Shown here: in pieces, positions 53,389-63,229 of the stretch | Layout: every line of letters starts with the position of its first letter | Position numbering within the stretch: the first letter of the stretch is position 1 | Origin: an uncultured Acidobacteriaceae bacterium | Lineage (GTDB): Bacteria > Acidobacteriota > Terriglobia > Terriglobales > Acidobacteriaceae | Length of the DNA: 64,000 nt | Direction: 5' to 3' | Assembly: GCA_963696575.1 (NCBI GenBank) | Contig: CAVOKT010000004.1 | Coordinates: forward strand, 399,434-463,433 | The notes under the pieces: model-generated | Databases searched by the model: none | What the model was told of the DNA's origin: nothing | The model's input: only the letters and a program-made list of their open reading frames with translations | Translations under genes and position numbers: made by a program

Positions 53389-53446
53389 GCAACCTCCCGG
53401 TTGCATATTACTCCGGCGCTAAACATACATGCAACCCGTTGGTTGC
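53389..53446. promoter_or_regulatory. Two copies of the palindrome GCAACC-N4-GGTTGC, candidate ArsR-type operator sites
   Basis: GCAACCTCCCGGTTGC at 53389..53404 has its spacer complement GGGAGG, which is the RBS of the SRPBCC gene. GCAACCCGTTGGTTGC is at 53431..53446. Their centres are 42 bp apart. Confidence 0.4.
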
Positions 53447-53522
53447 TTGTTAGTATGCCGTTTTGGATGGACCTGCCGGTGATGCGTGCGAACTCCAATT
53501 TCTTTCGTATAATCTGTTCCCC

Positions 53523-54863
53523 ATGCGGAACCATTCCAGGCGTCTTCGCGCGCGGCTCTCTCGCTCTACCGCCATCGCCTGCGCGGCGCTCGCGTTTTCT
53601 CTGGCGTTGACCGCGCAGTCTTCCTACCAACCCTCTCCGGAAAATCTGAAGTCCCGCGAATGGTTCGAGCAGGCACGCTTTGGCATGTTCATTCATTGGG
53701 GAATCTACAGTCTGCTCGGCGACGGCGAGTGGGTGATGCAGGAGCACCACCTCACCGGCCCGCAGTACGAGCAACTGGCGGCTCAGTTTTATCCCGTGAA
53801 GTTCGATGCCGCGCAGTGGGTTGCGCTGGCCAAGCAGGCAGGCATGCGCTACATCGTCGTGACCTCGCGGCATCACGATGGCTTCTCCATGTTTGCGACC
53901 AAGCAGAACAAGTACAACGTTGTCGATGCCACGCCTTATGGCAAGGACGTCATCCGCCAGCTTGCTGACGAATGTCATCGCCAGGGCATCAAGCTGTTCG
54001 TGTACTACTCGCAACTCGACTGGCATCATCCCGACTACTATCCGCTCGGAGGCACAGGTCATTGGGACGGCCGTCCCACGAATGGCCAGTGGCCGCGCTA
54101 CCTCGACTTCATGAACGCGCAGTTGACTGAACTGTTCAGCAATTACGGCGAACTGGGAGGCGTCTGGTTCGACGGCATGTGGGACAAGCCCGACGCCGAC
54201 TGGCAACTCGACCGGACTTACGCGACGATCCACCATCTGCAACCCGGTGCGCTGATCGTCTCTAATCATCACCAGCGGCCTTTCCCCGGCGAAGATTATC
54301 AGACCTTCGAGAAGGACCTTCCCGGCGACAACACCACCGGATGGGGCGGTGCTCCGATCGCTCAGCTTCCACTGGAAACCAGCGATACCATGTATCGCGG
54401 CGGATCGTGGGGTTTCAACCTGCGCGATACCGAGCCCAAGAGCCTGCGCGATCTCATTCAGTACATGGTTCGCGCCGCCGGAAACGACGCCAACTTCCTG
54501 CTTAACGTCGGGCCGATGCCCAATGGGGAGATTCAAATCGCTTTTGCCGATCGCCTACGTGAGATGGGATCCTGGTTAAAAATTTATGGCGAGTCCATCT
54601 ATGGAACGCGCGGTGGTCCGGTGAAGCCGGGGGGATGGGGTGTTTCGACGCAGCGGGGCAATCTCGTTTATGTGCACGTTCTCGATCCGTCGCTGAGTGT
54701 GTTAGCGCTGCCGGGCATAGTCAGGCCGGTGCGCGACGCACACCTGTTACATGGCGGAGCCAAGGTGGACTATCAGCTGTCGGAGAGCAGCGTGGTGCTG
54801 CAGCTCCCGCCGCGCCCAGCCACCGAGATCGATCAGGTGATCGTTTTGCAGTCGGCCCCTTAA
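53523..54863 (+). CDS. Alpha-L-fucosidase, glycoside hydrolase family 29, secreted
   Basis: Signal peptide from the ATG at 53523. Contains FGMFIHWGIYSLLGDGEW, AGMRYIVVTSRHHDGFSMFATK and GGVWFDGMW. Confidence 0.88.
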   Translation: MRNHSRRLRARLSRSTAIACAALAFSLALTAQSSYQPSPENLKSREWFEQARFGMFIHWGIYSLLGDGEWVMQEHHLTGPQYEQLAAQFYPVKFDAAQWVALAKQAGMRYIVVTSRHHDGFSMFATKQNKYNVVDATPYGKDVIRQLADECHRQGIKLFVYYSQLDWHHPDYYPLGGTGHWDGRPTNGQWPRYLDFMNAQLTELFSNYGELGGVWFDGMWDKPDADWQLDRTYATIHHLQPGALIVSNHHQRPFPGEDYQTFEKDLPGDNTTGWGGAPIAQLPLETSDTMYRGGSWGFNLRDTEPKSLRDLIQYMVRAAGNDANFLLNVGPMPNGEIQIAFADRLREMGSWLKIYGESIYGTRGGPVKPGGWGVSTQRGNLVYVHVLDPSLSVLALPGIVRPVRDAHLLHGGAKVDYQLSESSVVLQLPPRPATEIDQVIVLQSAP

Positions 54864-54880
54864 GTCACGCCCAGGGACTA

Positions 54881-55636
54881 TTAGGCCGCCTCCTGGCGCG
54901 CCAACACGGCAAGAATGTCGGGCTGTAGTTTGCCGTGGAAAGACGTCTCATACCCTTTTAAAAGTAGACACTCGACCCAGGAGATGGGACCGAGCCGGTT
55001 GAGCGATCCGGTCGAACCGATGAGCTTCAACTGCTCGACTTGGAATCCGGTCTTTGCGGCATGGTCCTCAATCGCTCGCGGACTGTTCATGCGGTAATGG
55101 GTTGGAAAAATATCTTCTTCGTCGCGGTGCTCGAGGAAACTCACAATGCGCTTCTTGGGCGCGTCGGGAACCAGGCGCGCAGCCAGCAACGGCGGATAAA
55201 GGTAGTTTGGCGTCACAAAAAGGAAACGACCTCCCGGCCGCAAGACACGGGAGACATCGCTGAGGAAACTGTCAGGATCGGTAACGTGTTCGACCACCAT
55301 GTTCGCCGTAACCAGATCGAACGAGCCGTCCTTGAACGGCAGATGGCCGCAGACGGCTTTTACCCGATGGGTAAGCAGCGGATGGCGTACGATTCCCTCG
55401 TCAAGGTCGATTCCGACCAGCATCGCCGCGCGTCGAACCAAGCGCTCCTGGTCCTCGGGCCGCATTGCCCACTCTGGCACGATGCTGTGCCCGCACCCAA
55501 CATCCAGCCACCTTACTCCGGGCTTCACATGCTGCTGCAACGCGGCGGCGTAACGGTCTTGATTGTGTGTGAGGTCGAGATGAATAGCTCGTGCGATAGC
55601 GCGCTTGCCTTTGCCCCAGTCCATGGCCTCCTCCAC
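54881..55636 (-). CDS. Class I SAM-dependent methyltransferase
   Basis: WLDVGCGHS (motif I) and RPGGRFLFVTPN (post-II). 251 aa. The start may be the internal MDWGKG. Confidence 0.75.
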   Translation of the reverse strand: MEEAMDWGKGKRAIARAIHLDLTHNQDRYAAALQQHVKPGVRWLDVGCGHSIVPEWAMRPEDQERLVRRAAMLVGIDLDEGIVRHPLLTHRVKAVCGHLPFKDGSFDLVTANMVVEHVTDPDSFLSDVSRVLRPGGRFLFVTPNYLYPPLLAARLVPDAPKKRIVSFLEHRDEEDIFPTHYRMNSPRAIEDHAAKTGFQVEQLKLIGSTGSLNRLGPISWVECLLLKGYETSFHGKLQPDILAVLARQEAA

Positions 55637-56042
55637 TTCTTCGGCCAGACCGTTGCCCGTAGCGTCGCGATCGCCGAATCGGCGGCGAGGAGGCGCAGAC
55701 GAGCATGGCAGCGACGAGGCGGCGAGACACTAATGACGCGCAGACGGAGCGGTACAAAGACAAAGCGTGGCCAAGACGAGGGACACAAAGCAAAGCGTGC
55801 AACAACAGGGTGGCGCAGGAGCCGAGGGGCCGAGACGAAGGAGGGTCGTTCTGAGACGACCGTTCCACGGAGACTATCACAGGTCGCTGTGATGGTGCTA
55901 GTGACAACCGATCGGTCAAATCGCTCGTGGCCATTCACCCGCAATATTTACTGAGTTGCAAACCAGACCTCTCCCGGAGCATGATTCTCCGCTGCGGACA
56001 ATTCGCCATTGTCCCCCACGCCTGTTCCCGGAGGCTTCACGA

Positions 56043-56704
56043 ATGAAACGACTCTCTCTGCTCGGAGTCCTCTTATTCCTCGTTGCTGTTCCCGTTCTCG
56101 CACAGTCCGGCGATTGGATCCAGCTCTTCAACGGCAAGAACCTCGATGGCTGGAAACATGTCGGCCCCGGTTCCATGATCGGTTGAGAACGGCCTCATCC
56201 AGACGCATGCTGGCATGGGTCTCCTCTACTGGACCGCTGGCCCCGTCGGCAATTGCGTCATTCGCGTCGTCTTCAAAATGCGCGACGAGAACGACAACTC
56301 CGGCGTGTTCATCCGCATTCCCATTGAGCCGCAGGGAAGAGTGGATGCCGGTGCACTATGGCTACGAGGTGCAGATCGACAATCATCCCGAGCTTTCGAA
56401 GGAAGACGATTACCACATCACTGGCACGCTCTATTCGCTGACCAAGCCACTGTCCAAGCCGTTCAAGCCTGGCCCCCAATGGAACACCATGGAAATCACC
56501 ATCGATGGTCCTCACACCGTCGTTATGGTCAACGGTGAAAAGGTCACGGACTATACCGAAGGCGATCCCGTACCCGAGAAAAAATTCAGCTTTGAGCCGC
56601 AACGTGGCCGCCGGCCGCTGATTGGATGGTTCGGATTACAGAACCATAGCGACAATGATGTGGTGTTCTTCAAGGAAGTCGCTATTAAGCCGCTGCAGAA
56701 ATAG
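56043..56704 (+). pseudogene. DUF1080 (3-keto-disaccharide hydrolase-like) secreted protein; two frame breaks
   Basis: MKRLSLLGVLLFLVAVPVLAQSGDWIQLFNGKNLDGWKHVG (ORF 55956..56186), then GLLYWTAGPVGNCVIRVVFKMRDENDNSGVFIRIP (ORF 56215..), then YGYEVQIDN...ITGTLYSL...FGLQNHSDNDVVFFKEVAIKPL (ORF 56009..56704). Breaks are near 56181 (GG where a single G restores the frame) and 56331. Confidence 0.8.
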
Positions 56705-56776
56705 CTCGTGAGCATTTCGGATTCCTGTTTGAGCGGTTCAACTAATTTGCTACCACCGAGGGAGGCTTAGTCCGTC

Positions 56777-58126
56777 ATGCGAAAGAATTTCACTCGCCGT
56801 AACTTCATCCAGACCGCCGCCGGAGCTGCCGGACTCGCCCTCGCCACTAAGGCTATCGCTCTGCCCGAGCCCTCCTACGCGCAAGCATGGGCCACCGGCT
56901 CCACGGCCACGAACGTCCAATTCGGCATCATCGGCATCGGCATGCAAGGCTCTGGCCTGCTCAAGAACTCCGTCGAGTTACCGGGCACCAAGTGCATTGC
57001 CGCCTGCGATCTATGGGACGGCCGTCAGACTTTGGCCAAGGAAATCGCGGGACCTGACATCGCGATCACTCGCAAGTATCAGGACCTGCTCGCCAACAAG
57101 GACATCACCGCCCTCATCGTCGCCGTACCCGATCACTGGCACAAACAGATCGTGGTTGACGCGGTGACTGCGGGCAAGGACGTCTACTGCGAGAAGCCAA
57201 TGTCCCACAGTGTGGCAGATGGAGCCGCAATGGTCGCCGCCGCTAAAAAGTCAGGGCGCATTGTACAGATCGGGTCGCAACGCACCAGTTCTGCGCTGCT
57301 GGCCAAAGCCAAACAGCTTTACAATCAGGGCGCCATCGGCGAGCTGCTCTCCGTCGAGCTCTCCCTCGGACGCAACGATCCTACTGGCGCGTGGGAATAC
57401 CCACCGCCTCCCGGCCTCGCGCCCGATAACTTCGACTGGGACACATGGCTGGGCACCGCGCCCAAGAAACCGTTCGATCCCATCACCTTTGCGCGCTGGC
57501 GCTGCTGGAAGGAGTACGGTACGGGTGTTGCCGGCGATCTCATGGTGCATCTCGTCAGCGGCATGATGTTCGTCACCGGCATGAACCAGGCGCCCACACG
57601 CGCCTTCGCCACCGGAGGCATCGTTCGCTGGAAGGACGGTCGCAACATGCCTGACCTGCAGGCCGCCATCTTCGAATACGGCAGCGTGCCTGCCTACGTG
57701 CGGCTCACCCTCGGCACCGAGACCACCGAGATGACTCGGCTCATGGGACCCAAGGGAATGCTCGAGATTCGCGAGCGCGATTTTACCTTCACTCCCCAGC
57801 GTGGCATCGATACCGCCCCCAGCTACTATTCACAGGGATTTCCCAAAGCGATGCGGGCTGCCTACGAGAAGCAATGGGATGACGAACATGAGCCTGCGCC
57901 GGGACAGGAATTTGTGGCCGAGGCCGTCACCTACAGTGGTACTTCCTACGATGACGTGAAGCCGCACCTGTGGAACTTCTTCGAAGCCGTCCGCACTCGC
58001 AGGCCAGTCGTACAGGACGCGGTCTTTGGACACCATGCCGCCGCGGCCTGTCACATGGCCAACCAAGCCTACTTCCGAAAAGCAACCGTCACTTGGGATG
58101 GAGCCAACGACACAATTCGCAGTTAA
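56777..58126 (+). CDS. Gfo/Idh/MocA family oxidoreductase with twin-arginine signal
   Basis: TRRNFIQTAAGAAGLALA is a Tat motif. Rossmann FGIIGIGMQG and the EKP motif VYCEKPM are present. Confidence 0.85.
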   Translation: MRKNFTRRNFIQTAAGAAGLALATKAIALPEPSYAQAWATGSTATNVQFGIIGIGMQGSGLLKNSVELPGTKCIAACDLWDGRQTLAKEIAGPDIAITRKYQDLLANKDITALIVAVPDHWHKQIVVDAVTAGKDVYCEKPMSHSVADGAAMVAAAKKSGRIVQIGSQRTSSALLAKAKQLYNQGAIGELLSVELSLGRNDPTGAWEYPPPPGLAPDNFDWDTWLGTAPKKPFDPITFARWRCWKEYGTGVAGDLMVHLVSGMMFVTGMNQAPTRAFATGGIVRWKDGRNMPDLQAAIFEYGSVPAYVRLTLGTETTEMTRLMGPKGMLEIRERDFTFTPQRGIDTAPSYYSQGFPKAMRAAYEKQWDDEHEPAPGQEFVAEAVTYSGTSYDDVKPHLWNFFEAVRTRRPVVQDAVFGHHAAAACHMANQAYFRKATVTWDGANDTIRS

Positions 58127-58371
58127 CCAGCGGCTCAGGGATGTAGTAAACTTCAACCGCACCAACAACACATCGATCACGGGTGAGGGATATCTCTCGC
58201 GCGTTGAGCGCTGCTGACTATCTGCGATCTCCCGTTTCCGCTGTAAACCAGCGCCGTCCGGGAACCCCCGTCGCAAGTAACAGTCTCTCCACCGCCGCGC
58301 TCCTCGTGAGCTGGGCAAGCAACGCTCTCACGCTGGGGGCAAACTACCGATACTTTGAAACGAGGGCACAC

Positions 58372-59988
58372 ATGGATCTAGGAGCAGGAATCAGAAAGCT
58401 GGCGCTGGGAGCGCTCGCGGTATCGAGCTTTTTCGCCAGCAGCAGTGCGACCGCGCAGGCGCAGGCAGGCGGCGCGAAGAAGCCAAATATTCTCGTCATC
58501 TTTGGTGATGACATAGGCTACTTCAACATCAGCGCCTACAACCTGGGCATGATGGGCTACAAGACGCCAAACATCGATCGCCTCGCACACGAGGGCGCAC
58601 TGTTCACCGACGCTTACGCGCAGCAGAGTTGCACCGCCGGACGCGCGGCCTTCATCACCGGGCAAAGCCCCATCCGCACCGGCCTGCTCAAGGTCGGACT
58701 ACCCGGCTCCAAGCTCGGACTTCAGAAAGAAGATCCGACCATTGCCGACCTGCTCAAGCCGCAGGGCTACATGACCTTCCAGAACGGCAAGAACCACCTT
58801 GGCGATCGCAACGAATTCCTGCCCACCGTGCACGGCTTCGACGAATTCTTCGGCAACTTCTATCACCTGAATGCCGAAGAAGAGCCCGAAAACGTGGACT
58901 ACCCGCGCAATCCTACCTTTAAGGCGGAGTTCGGCCCGCGTGGTGTGTTCAAGTGCAAAGCCACGGCCACCGACAATACCGCGCCTTCCGATCCCCGCTT
59001 CGGTCCCTGGGGCAAGCAGACCTGCGAAGATACCGGCCCGCTCACCAAGAAACGCATGGAGACCGCCGACGACGAATTCCTCGCCGTCACGCTCGAAGAC
59101 ATGGACCGCGCCGTCAAGGCGGGCAAGCCATTCTTCATCTGGCATAACACCACCCGCATGCACATCTGGACGCACCTTCCTCCGCAATACGCGGCCATGG
59201 AAAACCAGAAGGGCCTCTACGGCGCCGGCATGACCCAGCTCGACGACAACATCGGCGTGCTCCTCAAGAAGCTCGACGACCTCGGCATAGCTGACAACAC
59301 TATCGTCATCTTCACCAGCGACAACGGCGCCGAAGTCATGAGCTGGCCCGACGGCGGAACCACTCCTTTCCACGGCGAGAAGAACACCAGTTGGGAAGGC
59401 GGCTATCGCGTGCCCTTCCTCATCCGTTGGCCGGGAACCGTCAAGCCGGGATCGGTCTTCAACGGCACCATTGCCCATGAAGACTGGGCCACGACGCTGT
59501 TGGCCGCCGCCGGCGTGCCCGACGTCAAGGAGAAGCTGTTGACCGGCTACCAGGCTGGCGACAAGTCCTTCAAGGTCCACCTCGATGGCTACAACCTCAT
59601 GCCTTATCTCAAGGGCGACACCGACGTCGATCCTCGGCGCGAGTTCCTCTACTGGACCGACGACGGCGAACTCGCTGCCTTGCGTTACGACAAGTGGAAG
59701 GCCATGTTCCTGGAGCAGCCCGCCCACGGATTTTCCGTGTGGGAAACGCCATTCGTTTCTCTGCGCGTTCCCAAGCTCTTCGACCTCCACGCCGATCCGT
59801 TCGAGCGCGCCGAGATGGAAGCCATCGACTACTCGCACTGGCGTATCGACCGCGTCTTTCTGCTCACCCCTGCCCAGGCCTTCGTCGGACAGTGGCTGAC
59901 CAGCTTCAAGCAATTCCCTCCACGCCAGAAGCCGGCCAGCTTTAACCTCGATCAGGTTATGCAGCAGATGTCGGAAGCCAAGGAGTAA
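58372..59988 (+). CDS. Arylsulfatase (type I sulfatase family), secreted
   Basis: ATG at 58372 and a signal peptide. Contains PNILVIFGDDIGY, SCTAGRAAFITG (a formylglycine motif with Ala where Pro is usual), FTSDNGAE and GEKNTSWEGGYRVP. Confidence 0.88.
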   Translation: MDLGAGIRKLALGALAVSSFFASSSATAQAQAGGAKKPNILVIFGDDIGYFNISAYNLGMMGYKTPNIDRLAHEGALFTDAYAQQSCTAGRAAFITGQSPIRTGLLKVGLPGSKLGLQKEDPTIADLLKPQGYMTFQNGKNHLGDRNEFLPTVHGFDEFFGNFYHLNAEEEPENVDYPRNPTFKAEFGPRGVFKCKATATDNTAPSDPRFGPWGKQTCEDTGPLTKKRMETADDEFLAVTLEDMDRAVKAGKPFFIWHNTTRMHIWTHLPPQYAAMENQKGLYGAGMTQLDDNIGVLLKKLDDLGIADNTIVIFTSDNGAEVMSWPDGGTTPFHGEKNTSWEGGYRVPFLIRWPGTVKPGSVFNGTIAHEDWATTLLAAAGVPDVKEKLLTGYQAGDKSFKVHLDGYNLMPYLKGDTDVDPRREFLYWTDDGELAALRYDKWKAMFLEQPAHGFSVWETPFVSLRVPKLFDLHADPFERAEMEAIDYSHWRIDRVFLLTPAQAFVGQWLTSFKQFPPRQKPASFNLDQVMQQMSEAKE

Positions 59989-60031
59989 TCGGCGGCAGCG
60001 GAAAAGAATTTCCGTCGCCGGCCCCAATAAG

Positions 60032-60066
60032 AAACCCAGGACTTTTCGGTCCTGGGTTTTCCTTTG
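60032..60066. terminator. Bidirectional intrinsic terminator between convergent genes
   Basis: AAACCCAGGAC-TTTTCG-GTCCTGGGTTT followed by TCCTTTG. An A/T-rich tract also lies on the other side. Confidence 0.75.
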
Positions 60067-60087
60067 CGCATCGCGCGTAAATCGACC

Positions 60088-61477
60088 TCACTCCGCGATC
60101 GGCGTGTTGGCCAGCTTGTCCTTATAAACCACTCCGCCCTTCATCACGAATCCCACATTCTGCAGCACCGACACATCCTGTAACGGATCACCCGACACCG
60201 CAATGATGTCGGCATATTTGCCAACCTCGATCGTGCCCACATCTTTCGAACGTCCAATCAAGTCCGCTGAATTCTGTGTCGCCGTGCGAATCGCCTGAGG
60301 AGGAGTCATCCCGAACTTCACCATGGTCACGAATTGCTTTGCATTGTCGCCGTGTGGATACACACCCGCATCCGTCCCAAACGCCATTTTCACGCCCGCC
60401 TGCACCGCTTTCTGGAAGGTTTCGCGCTGTATCCGGCCGACCATCTTTTCTTTGTCCACGTTTTCCTGCGGCAATCCAAACTCGATCGCCTTTCCCAGCA
60501 GGTAGTCGTCGTTGTAGATGTCCATATCGAAATACGTGCCGTGTTGCTTCGCCAGTTGAATGTCCTCGTCACTGGCCAGGCTGGCATGCTCGATCGAATC
60601 GATGCCCGCCAGGATTGCGTTCTTGATCCCTTCGGCGCCGTGCGCGTGAGCCGCAATCTTGCGTCCCGCCATATGCGCCTCATCTGCCGCGACCTTCAGT
60701 TCCTCGTAGGTGAACTGCGGCGCTCCTGGGCTGTCGCCCTTCGACAGTACTCCACCCGTAGCCAGAATCTTGATCACGTCCACGCCATACTTCACTTGCG
60801 CCCGCACCACGTGCCGCACCTGGTCGGCGCCGTCGGCGATCTGATAATCCCGTTCCGCTGGAAACAAACTCACACTGGTCTCAGGAGAGTAGTTGTTCAG
60901 GTCGCCGTGTCCGCCCGTGATCGAAATCCCCGGACCGCTCGCCACCACTCGCGGACCAACGATGTATCCCTCGTTGATACTGTTCCGCAAGTCCACCGCC
61001 ATGAACGGGCCGGAGCCGACATCGCGCACCGTCGTGAAGCCCGCCATCAGTGTGGTGCGTGCATTCTTCTCAGCTGCGAAACCTTCGGTGAACGGAGTCT
61101 CCTTGAACGCGTTGATCGGGTTGTAGCGGTCCGCACGCGCCCCGAGATGGGTGTGGCAATCGATCAGTCCCGGCAACACTGTAGATTTCGAAAGGTCGAT
61201 CACCGTTCGCGCCCGCGGGAACCTGCACGTTCGCGGCTGACTCGACCGACTTGATGCGCTCGCCCTCGACAACAATCACTACGTTCTCGCGATAGCTGTC
61301 GCTGGTCGAGTCGAACAGCTTGCCGGCACGAATGTAAGTGATCACAGGCGTCGCCTTTGCTGGCTGGCGTTGGGTTGCGGATTGTGTGGTCTCTTTTGTC
61401 TTGGCAGGTTCTGAATTTTGCTGTGCAGCGCACAACGTCGATGCAGCCAACAAGATGGCCAACAGGATCTTCTTCAA
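60088..61477 (-). pseudogene. Amidohydrolase family metallo-hydrolase, secreted; frame break at ~61205
   Basis: The signal peptide MKKILLAILLAASTLCAA and N-terminal beta-sandwich are in ORF 61070..61477. LPGLIDCHTHLG, AAHAHG and FGTDAG are in ORF 60088..61275. The junction AGA|TVIDLS has AA where a single A restores the frame. Confidence 0.85.
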
Positions 61478-61591
61478 AGGAGTGACTCCAGTTTCTGAAA
61501 GGTGTCGTTCTAATGTAACAAGAGTTTAAGTGCGTGAGACCTGGGCTTGGTTGCGGCGATGATTGTCTTGTTCTTATACCTGTATTGATAC

Positions 61592-61737
61592 GTGTCGGTC
61601 CGCGTAATCGCTGACTGCTTTTTTTCTAGGTCGAATCCGATCCGCGTTCTCCGCGCTATCCGCGGTTGCCTTTCATTTTCCGTTCGAAGATTATCCGTGC
61701 CGATCCGTGTAATCCGTGGCTGCCTTTCTATTTCTCA
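61592..61737 (+). repeat. REP family 1, three tandem units
   Basis: ...GTCCGCGTAATCGCTGACTGCTTTTTTTC / AATCCGATCCGCGTTCTCCGCGCTATCCGCGGTTGCCTTTCATTTTC / ATTATCCGTGCCGATCCGTGTAATCCGTGGCTGCCTTTCTATTTCTC. Confidence 0.8.
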
Positions 61738-62682
61738 ACTTGCCCCTGGCTTCCACCTGTTGAGGAATGCCAGCAGGTCGTCTGGCCCCAGCGACCTCGC
61801 CTTCTCGAACTCTCCGCTCTTCTGGCTGTACAGCAACTTGCCGCTCGCATCGAGCACGGCGATCGCCGGAATCCCGCGCTCCTTGGGGACTTCATATTGC
61901 TGCATGATGTCAAGGTTCTTGTCGTACTCTCCAACATCCACATGCACCACTTCATAATTGGGTGTCAGCACCGCTGCCACATCCGAACGATGAAACGCCA
62001 AATCGAGAACATGGCAGTCGAAGCACCAGTTGGCACCAAAGACGAGCAGCACGCGCTTGTGCTGTTGCGCCGCCAGTTTCAACGCCTGCGCAATTTCCGT
62101 ATGCGCATTCAGGCCTGGAACGTAAATTTGCTTGTCGGTCGAGAGCGGCTGCTGCAGCCGCGTTAGATCGCCCCGCCGGGTCGCCGCGATGCGCCACTGT
62201 TCGCCCTGTTTCTGCCAAAGTTGCCCATCAATCACGTAAACCGTTTGCACCTTGTTCTGCGCTCCCGACTTGATCTCCGCCTGAAAGGCCATCTGCTGCA
62301 CTCCGGTCTGTGGAGAGGTGGACTGCGCCACATCCAGCTTGATGCTGCGCGCCTTCAGCCCGGTCCAGAATGCAATGTCCGCCTGCGCATTGGTCTCGCC
62401 CGACGTCAGAATGACTCGCGCCTCAGGGCTCGTGCTGTACAGCGCGCGTAGCTTCGCCGCATCGCCCGCCAGCACCGCCGCCTTCCATTGCTCCAGCGGA
62501 GCGAATGTCGCTCCCATCGGCTTACCTTTTGCTGTAGCCTGCTGCGCGCGCGCGACGTGTGCGACTCCAAGAATTGCGAGAGCGACAATTATGATTGCTG
62601 AACTCCGGCGCAATGTCGTACTTCCTTGTCTCGGTCTCAAAATCCGAGACCGAAAATCTTGGCCTTGATCGCTTTCCTGCAT
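61735..62682 (-). CDS. Secreted two-domain protein: SnoaL/DUF4440-like N-terminus + thioredoxin-fold C-terminus (WCFDC)
   Basis: VLLVFGANWCFDCHVLD is a CxxC thioredoxin-like motif. A signal-like segment RRSSAIIIVALAILGVAHVARA is present. The true start may be the TTG at 62613. Confidence 0.7.
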   Translation of the reverse strand: MQESDQGQDFRSRILRPRQGSTTLRRSSAIIIVALAILGVAHVARAQQATAKGKPMGATFAPLEQWKAAVLAGDAAKLRALYSTSPEARVILTSGETNAQADIAFWTGLKARSIKLDVAQSTSPQTGVQQMAFQAEIKSGAQNKVQTVYVIDGQLWQKQGEQWRIAATRRGDLTRLQQPLSTDKQIYVPGLNAHTEIAQALKLAAQQHKRVLLVFGANWCFDCHVLDLAFHRSDVAAVLTPNYEVVHVDVGEYDKNLDIMQQYEVPKERGIPAIAVLDASGKLLYSQKSGEFEKARSLGPDDLLAFLNRWKPGAS

Positions 62683-62683
62683 T

Positions 62684-62783
62684 CAATCCGATCCGAGTCC
62701 TCCGCGTGATCCGCGGTTGCCTTTGTTCTTTCGACCTAATCTGATCCGTGAAGATCCGTGCAAATCCGCGGCTGCTTTTCTTC
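62684..62783 (+). repeat. REP family 1, two tandem units
   Basis: TCAATCCGATCCGAGTCCTCCGCGTGATCCGCGGTTGCCTTTGTTCTTTC / TAATCTGATCCGTGAAGATCCGTGCAAATCCGCGGCTGCTTTTCTTC. Confidence 0.8.
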
Positions 62784-63225
62784 AATGACCGCCATGATAC
62801 GGATGGCCCTTCAAGATCGTGAACCCGCGATACAACTGCTCCAGCAACACCACCCGCGCCAACTCGTGTGGCAACGTGATCTTCCCGAACGACAAAACAT
62901 GTTTGGCCATCGCTCGCGTCGCATCGCTCCATCCGTCCGCTGGACCAATCGCGAACAGCAGGTCCTGCGTGTCGTGCGACAGGTGATAGTCGAGAAAGTT
63001 AGCGATTTCCTCGGAGGCCAACTGCTTGCCGCGCGCGTCCAGCAAAACCAGAACAGGCTGGGTGCGGCCGCTGCTCTTCTCGATATGCTTTAGCAGCGCG
63101 GCCTCCGAGGCAACCTGCAGTGCGTCGCACGCTGCGTAGTGCGATAGACGCTTCAGGTATTCCGCTGTGAGCGACTGGATCGCCGGACTACGCGTCTTCC
63201 CGATCCACGCAATGCGAAGTTTCAC
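62782..63225 (-). CDS. rlmH: 23S rRNA (pseudouridine1915-N3)-methyltransferase RlmH
   Basis: 147 aa. MKLRIAWIGKTR...LLFAIGPADGWS...LSFGKITLPHELARVVLLEQLYRGFTILKGHPYH is the SPOUT RlmH signature. Confidence 0.9.
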   Translation of the reverse strand: MKLRIAWIGKTRSPAIQSLTAEYLKRLSHYAACDALQVASEAALLKHIEKSSGRTQPVLVLLDARGKQLASEEIANFLDYHLSHDTQDLLFAIGPADGWSDATRAMAKHVLSFGKITLPHELARVVLLEQLYRGFTILKGHPYHGGH

Positions 63226-63229
63226 CGGA

